DNA from: an uncultured SAR86 cluster bacterium
GTDB lineage: Bacteria; Pseudomonadota; Gammaproteobacteria; Magnimaribacterales; D2472
Assembly: GCA_902563835.1 (NCBI GenBank)
Contig: CACEZB010000005.1
Span: 4,931 to 68,930, forward strand
Direction of reading: 5' to 3'
DNA: 64,000 bases
The notes beneath the pieces were generated by a model. It had not been told where the DNA came from. It did no database searches and was given only the letters and a program-made list of their open reading frames with translations. Below are positions 57,702 through 64,000 of this stretch, one piece after another. A program made the translations under genes and the position numbers. Numbering within the stretch: the first letter of the stretch is position 1; each line of letters starts with the position of its first letter.

Positions 57702-59690
57702 TTATTCAGCCTCTAGCCACGATTGAAACATTAATATACTCCAAATCTGAGATGTATAATCATAACTTCGGCTTTGATGCATTTCCCATATATTTCGAAC
57801 TTTCTCATGATTAATGTATCCTTGACTTATCAATTTTTCTTCTTTTATTAAATCTTCTGCCCATTCTTTAAGGGGTCCTCTTAACCATTCACCAATTGGG
57901 ACAGCAAATCCAGTTTTAGGCCTATCAATAATTTCAAGGGGAATATACTTGCTTAAAATTTTTCTAAGGCCCCATTTTCCAATATTATTGTTTATTTTCA
58001 TCTCAATCGGAAGATTCCATGCATATTCTACGACTCTATGATCTAAGAATGGCACCCTTGTTTCTAGGCTATTTGCCATCGCGGCTCTATCAACTTTGCA
58101 CAAAATATCATCAGGTAAATATGACACTGTATCTCTGAACATCATTTCCAAAGCAAAATCCTTGCTAATATTTCTATCCACAAGAGGATCTCCAAATTGA
58201 TCAATTTTTTTATCATTAACATTTAATACGATATCTTCAGAGGAATCCAATTCTGAAATTAAACTGATGTAAATATCATTTATATTATTTGAATTTTCTA
58301 GTGCTTTCGAAAGTTTTTTTGCTTTATTTCCAATATTTGAAAAATGACTTTTTGAACTAGATATTTTTGATAAAGAATTCTCTAATTTATTCCATGACGA
58401 TTGAGATACCATTCCTATAGACTTTCCTATAAAAGATCTAAAAATAAATGGCATCCATGAAAAATTTTTCCACAATCTTGGGCCCCAAAAGTATCTGTTA
58501 TAACCACCAAATAGTTCATCACCTCCATCTCCAGATAAAGATACCTTTACTTTTTGTGCGGCAGAAGCACACACAAAGAATGTTGGAATTTGTGATGAGT
58601 CAGCAAATGGTTCATCATAAATTAATGGCAAATTAGGAATTAAATCTTTTGCCTGATTGCTGGTTACAAACAATTCAAAGTGATCTGTTCCTAAATGATT
58701 TGCTACTTTTTCAGCATGTTCTGATTCGTCAAAAGATGACTCTTCAAATCCAATTGTAAAAGTTTGGATTGGTTTAGATGAGTTGCTTTGCATTAAAGAT
58801 GTAATTAAAGAAGAATCTATACCTCCACTTAGAAAGGCGCCAATTGGAACATCGGATATCATTTGTGTTTTAACAGAATTTTTTAAAATCCTTTCAAGCT
58901 CTGTTATTGAATTATCTTCAATTTTTTTTTGTTCATTTTGAGATTGTTTTTTAATTTTTCTTTCTAAGCTCCAATACTGAGTTATATTTTTTCTTAAGTC
59001 TATGTAATTATCAGTAGTTTTTATATCATTCACATTCAATTTTAAAATATGCCCTGGCTCTAACTTAAATATTCCCTCATAAATACTATATGGAGCTGGT
59101 ATATACATATATTGAAAATACTTTTTCAATGCAAATCTATTTATAGGATTACAAAAGTTTGGGAATTGCTTTATAGCTTTTAATTCAGATCCAAATACGA
59201 ATGATCCATCAACCATTCCATAATAGAGAGGTTTTTCGCCAAGCCTATCTCTTATGAGTGTAATCTCATTGTATTTTTTATCATAAACAGCGATTGAAAA
59301 CATACCAATTAATTTCTTAATTGAATTCTCAATACCATAAAAATCAAAACACTTTAATAATGTTTCTGTATCCGAGGTTCCTGACCAACTAATAATCTCT
59401 GAAGATAATTCATTAAGCTCTTTTCTAAGTATTAAGTGGTTATAAATTTCACCATTAAAAACAATAATATATCTGTTACTATTTGACATCATGGGTTGAT
59501 GTCCAGATGCTGATAAATCAAGAATGGATAATCTTTTATGTCCTAGGGAAATGTTTTTTTCTTTATCTATCCATGCACCAGTATCATCAGGTCCTCGATG
59601 AGTGAGAACTGAGGACATTTTATCTATATATATATGCAAATCTTCTTCTGAAAGACTTCTAGTTGACACAAATCCAGTAATTCCACACAT
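57702..59690 (-). CDS. asparagine synthase (glutamine-hydrolysing) family amidotransferase, second copy
   Basis: 662 aa. It has the N-terminal MCG, HRGPD, and AFLSGGIDSS. It is a clear paralogue of 22210-24153, sharing the same motif order and the FQSWLE C-terminus. Confidence 0.9.
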   Translation of the reverse strand: MCGITGFVSTRSLSEEDLHIYIDKMSSVLTHRGPDDTGAWIDKEKNISLGHKRLSILDLSASGHQPMMSNSNRYIIVFNGEIYNHLILRKELNELSSEIISWSGTSDTETLLKCFDFYGIENSIKKLIGMFSIAVYDKKYNEITLIRDRLGEKPLYYGMVDGSFVFGSELKAIKQFPNFCNPINRFALKKYFQYMYIPAPYSIYEGIFKLEPGHILKLNVNDIKTTDNYIDLRKNITQYWSLERKIKKQSQNEQKKIEDNSITELERILKNSVKTQMISDVPIGAFLSGGIDSSLITSLMQSNSSKPIQTFTIGFEESSFDESEHAEKVANHLGTDHFELFVTSNQAKDLIPNLPLIYDEPFADSSQIPTFFVCASAAQKVKVSLSGDGGDELFGGYNRYFWGPRLWKNFSWMPFIFRSFIGKSIGMVSQSSWNKLENSLSKISSSKSHFSNIGNKAKKLSKALENSNNINDIYISLISELDSSEDIVLNVNDKKIDQFGDPLVDRNISKDFALEMMFRDTVSYLPDDILCKVDRAAMANSLETRVPFLDHRVVEYAWNLPIEMKINNNIGKWGLRKILSKYIPLEIIDRPKTGFAVPIGEWLRGPLKEWAEDLIKEEKLISQGYINHEKVRNIWEMHQSRSYDYTSQIWSILMFQSWLEAE

Positions 59691-59695
59691 ATGAC

Positions 59696-60721
59696 TTAAG
59701 TATTTATATTTTTAGCATTTTCGGTATTTAAGATACTCAAAGATGCCCTTTCAATTGATTCAGGGTATATTTCTGAGTCATCCCAATAACTTATTGTATT
59801 TTGCCTTATTTTTTCGAAAGTATTTTTATTATCCAACAAATTTAAAATGGATTTTACTGCGCTATCCTCGTCATGTATTAAAATTGCGTTCACTCCATCT
59901 CTACAATAATTCTTTATTTCCCCAACAGGAGTAACAAGAGGAACTAGGCCAAGCTGCATTGCCTCTACTACTGACATTGCCATTCCTTCTAATTTGCTTG
60001 TTTGTAGATAAAAAGATGCTCTCTTAGATAAATTTTTTATAGAATCAAAATCTTTTGGTCCTAAGAAGTTAACATTTTTTTCTATATTTAATTTTTTTGA
60101 TAAGTTTTTTAACCTTGCCATTTCACCGCCATCAGGACCAACAATGTTGTAAGAGGCTTCACTGTATTGTTTTTTGATCTCTGCAAAAATATTTAAGGCG
60201 ATATGAATTGATTTTTGTTCATGAAGTCTTCCCCAAAAAATAAAATTAGGTTGTGATTGATGACGAGTTTGAGGTTGAAGTTTCCTTGCAACAAATGAAA
60301 TTACATCCGATCTATGCTCTGGAAAATTAGGCAATCTTGAATTAAGGGTATCATTTGAATCAGCCCAAATTGATGTACACATTTTTGACATCAGTTTTGT
60401 GAAAATCATATCTGCAAAATGGTAGTCATGGGGATAATGAAGGAATAAAACCAATTTTGTTTTAGGTTTAAATATCTTAAAAATTATTCCAACTACACAT
60501 GATCTCCACAAAGATACAATTAATAAATCAGGATTAGCTCTAATCAATCTAAAGCTTTTTTCAAAATAATTAAGAAAATTAAGAAACTTATTACTTCTAT
60601 TATTAAAAATATATAGGATGTTAAAATCAACATTTTTAATTTCGTAATTTTTCATGGTATTTGCCGCGGATTCAACTCCGCCAATTCCATCATATGGGAT
60701 TAAATGTATTACTTTGTTCAT
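59696..60721 (-). CDS. glycosyltransferase (GT-B, family 4-like)
   Basis: 341 aa. It has the C-terminal EGMAMSVVEAMQLGLVPLVTPVG motif. Confidence 0.75.
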   Translation of the reverse strand: MNKVIHLIPYDGIGGVESAANTMKNYEIKNVDFNILYIFNNRSNKFLNFLNYFEKSFRLIRANPDLLIVSLWRSCVVGIIFKIFKPKTKLVLFLHYPHDYHFADMIFTKLMSKMCTSIWADSNDTLNSRLPNFPEHRSDVISFVARKLQPQTRHQSQPNFIFWGRLHEQKSIHIALNIFAEIKKQYSEASYNIVGPDGGEMARLKNLSKKLNIEKNVNFLGPKDFDSIKNLSKRASFYLQTSKLEGMAMSVVEAMQLGLVPLVTPVGEIKNYCRDGVNAILIHDEDSAVKSILNLLDNKNTFEKIRQNTISYWDDSEIYPESIERASLSILNTENAKNINT

Positions 60722-60728
60722 GAAATAA

Positions 60729-61745
60729 TTATTCTATTAATTTAGTTGAGCTGTCTTTAGAACTTTCCTTAATAGCCTCAATAATTTTAATAGTTTTTAG
60801 GGCTGAATAACTTGACTCACATGTGGTGATTTTATTTTTAAGACAATTTAGTAAATGTTTGTATGTGCCAGTCATATAACTATTGCTTTCATTTGAAAAA
60901 GTTTTTGAATTTGAATAGTCTGGCATTTTATGATTTGTAAAATCAGGACTAGTTCTTGTGTTAATTACATCAATTGCTCCCCCCATCATATCTCTAATTC
61001 TGATTATTCCTTTTTCACCAATAATTGTTACTTCACATATTGCAACTTCTCTTGAATCGATTTGATATAACAACACATTTAAATCTTTAAATTGTATTAA
61101 TGCATCTGGGCTTTCTATATTTTCTGTCCCGTCTTTATTTCTAGGAAGAACCGCCTTAACTGAGATTACATCTCCGAAAAATTGCTGAAGTAAATCGATT
61201 GTATGAGTGCCTCCATGATATAAAGTACTATCATATGAAGCTATGACTTTTCTGGGTTCACCAATTGAAGTGTCTTTAACATAATCTCCAGAAATATAAC
61301 TTTGAAACTTTTGAATTAAAGGGTCAAATCTGCGCATGTGATTGATTATCAAACAAGTATTATTTTTAGCGCATATATTTATTGCAGCCTCAGCACTTTT
61401 GATGTCATTAGAAATTGGCTTTTCACATAGAATAATTTTTACACCTGCATTTGAAGATAAAATAATATTTTCAGCATGTGAGCTATCTTCAGTAGCAATT
61501 ACAACTACATCAGGTAATGTATTTTCAAATAAAGTACTAACTGAATCATATTTAGATATTGAAGGATAAATTTTGCCAGCAGTTTCTAGGGCAGATGAAC
61601 TTGAATCAACAAGTGCAACTAATTCAAGGTCTTTATTTTCATTTATTGCAGCCGAATGACTTGCAGGAGCTGGTCTTGAAGGATCAAGTTGTGCTCCTAC
61701 ACCAATCCAACCGCATCCTATTAAAGCAACAGAAAATTTTTTCAT
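60729..61745 (-). CDS. Gfo/Idh/MocA family oxidoreductase
   Basis: 338 aa. It has the N-terminal Rossmann motif VALIGCGWIGVG and the EKP motif (ILCEKPIS). Confidence 0.8.
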   Translation of the reverse strand: MKKFSVALIGCGWIGVGAQLDPSRPAPASHSAAINENKDLELVALVDSSSSALETAGKIYPSISKYDSVSTLFENTLPDVVVIATEDSSHAENIILSSNAGVKIILCEKPISNDIKSAEAAINICAKNNTCLIINHMRRFDPLIQKFQSYISGDYVKDTSIGEPRKVIASYDSTLYHGGTHTIDLLQQFFGDVISVKAVLPRNKDGTENIESPDALIQFKDLNVLLYQIDSREVAICEVTIIGEKGIIRIRDMMGGAIDVINTRTSPDFTNHKMPDYSNSKTFSNESNSYMTGTYKHLLNCLKNKITTCESSYSALKTIKIIEAIKESSKDSSTKLIE

Positions 61746-62630
61746 CTAATTAAATCCAACCTTTTTTGATTGATCAAGAGATCTTTCAATTGCGTCTATA
61801 ATTGCAATTGAATCAATGGCTTGGTCAATATTAAATTCTTCCTTATCTCCTTTATGAAAATAGTTTAAGAGATAATCTAATGTATTTGCGTAATATTTAC
61901 CATATGGATCAATATTTATAGAATTTACGAAACCATCTTCAAATGAAATTACATGATAAATTTCTTTTTGATTATATGTTAGGTTTAATGAGGTAGATGA
62001 TCCATTTTCAAAAACTAAATCTGCCATTACTGCATCATTTATTCTTCTAGCAATTAAGCTCTCTGGTTTTGACTTTATTAAGCTAAGACAAATATCTACA
62101 GCATGAATTGAATAAAAATAAATTGACTTTGTACCCTCTCCTGGAACTGTTTTAGTAATTAGAGGGCTTGTAACTATAAGATTTAATGGTCTTAGGTTTT
62201 TTACATAATTTTTTCTAAGTAAAATGATTTCGTCTGCAAATCTTAATGGTGAAAATGATATAAGCTTTGAATTATTTTTTTTTGCACTTTCTGCTAAATC
62301 TATTGCTTCTAAAAGATTATTAGTAAATGGCTTATCAATGAACGTTGGGATTTTATTTTCTATAGCTAATTTTGCTGGCTCAAAATGTGAATTGCCAAAA
62401 CGACCTACAACCATCACCAGATCAATATTTTCAAAATTTATATCCTCTAGATTTTTCGATACAGATTTAATATTATATTTTTTAGCCTTTTCTTTTGTTT
62501 CATTAAAGTTCTCGCCCCATAAAATTTCTACATTTGCATTACGAGAAATATTTGATTTCCCTAAATTTGTAAGTTCGCAATATGCATCTGTGTGACTACT
62601 ATCACTGCCAAGCATGGCTATCCTAATCAT
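61746..62630 (-). CDS. Gfo/Idh/MocA-like protein with degenerate dinucleotide-binding motif
   Basis: 294 aa. The fold-typical FIDKPF (EKP-like) motif is present. The N-terminal glycine-rich loop reads IAMLGSDSSHTDAY instead of GxGxxG. Confidence 0.55.
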   Translation of the reverse strand: MIRIAMLGSDSSHTDAYCELTNLGKSNISRNANVEILWGENFNETKEKAKKYNIKSVSKNLEDINFENIDLVMVVGRFGNSHFEPAKLAIENKIPTFIDKPFTNNLLEAIDLAESAKKNNSKLISFSPLRFADEIILLRKNYVKNLRPLNLIVTSPLITKTVPGEGTKSIYFYSIHAVDICLSLIKSKPESLIARRINDAVMADLVFENGSSTSLNLTYNQKEIYHVISFEDGFVNSINIDPYGKYYANTLDYLLNYFHKGDKEEFNIDQAIDSIAIIDAIERSLDQSKKVGFN

Positions 62631-63772
62631 TACTGAATTTTCCAGATATTTGAGGTTATATATCTTACTGAGTTTTTATCAATCCAGTAGTATGCTGTTA
62701 ATATATTTCCATCAGAAAGCTCAACAGATACTGGGTAACCCATATCCCAAAAGCTAGCATTTTCTCTTATTGTAATAATTTCATTTTTATTCCACGATAA
62801 TCCGTTATCATTTGAAATAATAGCTTTTATTGAATATGGTTCTTTTCTATATCCATATGTGCATAGAAGATTGCCATTCTTTAGTTTAATAACATTTGGA
62901 GGTTGTCCAAAAATATCTATTGATTCAGGTCTTGTCCAACTAAATCCAGCATTGAACGATCTGGATGAATAAATATTACCTATACCTCCTATAGCCATAT
63001 AATTATCATTGGATTCATATGAACTATCTCCTCTTATAAGTGCTAAGAGTTCGCCTTTTCCGATATTTACAATAGAAGTTTCATTAAAGCTTATTGCTTG
63101 AAATAATGAAGAATTTATTTCTCCATCAGACGCTATTAAAGATTGATCTGACCAATTTAAACCGTTATCCCATGATCTTAATAGATAACTATTATCTGCT
63201 TGATTTGCATAACCGGTATATGCGGCACAAATTAATGAACCATCTTCCAATTGAATTATCTGTTCCCTGCTAACAAAATGATCATCAGACCCTGAAACAT
63301 TAATAATCTCTGGATCACTCCAAGTCTTACCTGAATCATCGGAATATTGAATACATTGACCTACCACTGCAGAAATAGTTTTCAGGTCGGGTCTATGAGC
63401 AGTAATTTTTGCAGATATTTTATTTCTATTAGAAGATTTTTCAGTTTGGATGACATTACTTCTTAAGAGTAACCTACCATTTTTTAGTATGCTAATTCCT
63501 GGATCACTGACTCCGAATTCTTCAAATTTTGTAACAATTTTTATATCATCTTTATTATAAGATTGACCGCCATCGGTTGATGTAATTAAGCATATGCATG
63601 AATCATTATCATGATGAGTAGGATTATTATCTGATCCAGCTTTTAGACTGAAATTACCTGCTTTTCTAAAAGCTACTAAGACTTTATTGTCATCAATTAA
63701 TACAACAGAAGGAAAACTACAAAAAGAATTTTCATCTAAATATATCTCTATCTCATCTTTAGAATTACTCAT
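62630..63772 (-). CDS. BNR/Asp-box repeat (sialidase-fold beta-propeller) protein, no signal peptide
   Basis: I prefer the ATG at 63770-63772 (MSNSKDEIEIY). The ORF-track start at 63784 is a TTG inside the upstream gene. Five Asp-box-like motifs are present: STDGGQSY, SDDSGKTW, SWDNGLNW, SFNAGFSW, SNDNGLSW. The N-terminus is hydrophilic. Confidence 0.7.
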   Translation of the reverse strand: MSNSKDEIEIYLDENSFCSFPSVVLIDDNKVLVAFRKAGNFSLKAGSDNNPTHHDNDSCICLITSTDGGQSYNKDDIKIVTKFEEFGVSDPGISILKNGRLLLRSNVIQTEKSSNRNKISAKITAHRPDLKTISAVVGQCIQYSDDSGKTWSDPEIINVSGSDDHFVSREQIIQLEDGSLICAAYTGYANQADNSYLLRSWDNGLNWSDQSLIASDGEINSSLFQAISFNETSIVNIGKGELLALIRGDSSYESNDNYMAIGGIGNIYSSRSFNAGFSWTRPESIDIFGQPPNVIKLKNGNLLCTYGYRKEPYSIKAIISNDNGLSWNKNEIITIRENASFWDMGYPVSVELSDGNILTAYYWIDKNSVRYITSNIWKIQ

Positions 63773-64000
63773 AAGTGATCTCAATCTTTTTTTGTTTTTT
63801 AATAGATTTATCTATGGCTTCACTTATTTTTGCTGCCATCCATCCATCATAAAATGTTGTTGCAGGCGTTTTATTTAATTTGAAACAATTTGCAAAGTGA
63901 TTAATCATGGCTGGAGTATTTCCAATAATTTCGTCATGAACGATTTGAAAATCACTTAAATCCGGTCTTTCATAAGAGTTATTTGCTTTAAAAAGCTCAA
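63765..64000 (-). CDS. Gfo/Idh/MocA-type oxidoreductase, C-terminal fragment (5' end outside window)
   Basis: I translated this by hand as ELFKANNSYERPDLSDFQIVHDEIIGNTPAMINHFANCFKLNKTPATTFYDGWMAAKISEAIDKSIKKQKKIEITYE*. The HFxxCxxxxxxPxxTxxDGxxAxxIxEAIxxS pattern is the usual C-terminus of this family. The stop TAA is at 63765-63767 and overlaps the next gene by 8 nt. Confidence 0.6.
   Translation of the reverse strand, partial: ELFKANNSYERPDLSDFQIVHDEIIGNTPAMINHFANCFKLNKTPATTFYDGWMAAKISEAIDKSIKKQKKIEITYE

Noticed and set aside
505-62595. Many 60-125-aa ORFs in the six-frame track lie antisense to, or nested within, long well-supported genes. Examples are 505-759, 1664-1957, 4139-4369, 26782-27123, 37205-37552, 47171-47530, 54440-54808 and 62224-62595, plus the same-strand nested ORFs 45719-45955 and 46242-46454.
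   Set aside because: Each lies entirely inside a gene with clear family motifs. Their translations are low-complexity (S/I/F/L-rich) and lack recognisable motifs, start context or an SD. They are most simply explained as shadow ORFs.
63773-63784. TTG start (MRSL...) for the BNR protein.
   Set aside because: It lies inside the C-terminus of the upstream oxidoreductase fragment. The ATG at 63770-63772 gives the usual short overlap (8 nt).
1-64000. CRISPR arrays, rRNA genes, insertion sequences, prophage genes, toxin-antitoxin pairs, and known defence-system hallmarks (reverse transcriptase, restriction-modification genes).
   Set aside because: I recognised none in any of the translated ORFs or intergenic spacers. 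The only tandem repeats are the 15-bp duplication in the GNAT gene and the coding repeats in the surface protein. Small or highly divergent systems could still be missed without HMM searches.

Overview
This is a 64-kb, AT-rich (about 30% GC by eye) and extremely gene-dense chromosomal segment. I count about 66 CDS and one tRNA-Pro(GGG). I saw no rRNA, CRISPR array, transposase, integrase or phage genes. The source looks like a streamlined proteobacterium, possibly a marine gammaproteobacterium, but that is a taxonomic guess I cannot verify here.

Backbone genes:
- Acyl-CoA metabolism: two crotonases, an adjacent ACAD pair and a FATP-type acyl-CoA synthetase.
- Housekeeping: prc, xthA, tadA, a GcvT/DmdA-like aminomethyltransferase, nagZ, apt, guaB-guaA, fumC-phhB-queC-queE, an aldehyde dehydrogenase, fhs, wecA, pdxH.
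- The infC-rpmI-rplT-pheS-pheT translation operon.

Accessory content:
1. A glycan-modification island at 18.0-26.1 kb: three SAM methyltransferases, a Gtr-like GT2/GtrA/polytopic-membrane set, DUF2304, an AsnB-type amidotransferase and a GT4.
2. A 5.9-kb three-gene envelope module wedged between pheT and an ihfA-like gene, next to tRNA-Pro. It encodes an SLBB export protein, a YjbH-like barrel and an Ig/cadherin-repeat surface protein with Thr-Gly microsatellites.
3. An O-antigen/capsule-like locus from 52.4 kb to the window end: ugd, a nucleotidyltransferase-cupin fusion, a UDP-GlcA epimerase, two GT4s, an EpsG-like polymerase, a second AsnB-type amidotransferase, three Gfo/Idh/MocA genes and a leaderless BNR/sialidase-fold protein.

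Best candidates for undescribed biology:
- The pheT-ihfA insert.
- A translationally coupled methyltransferase / mini APS-kinase-like / mini nucleotidyltransferase trio at 8.9-10.8 kb.
- The cytoplasmic BNR propeller embedded among oxidoreductases.
- A doubly truncated (minimal) PheRS.

A GNAT gene is split by a frameshift in a poly(A) tract. All functional calls come from motif recognition in the supplied translations. None were checked against databases.
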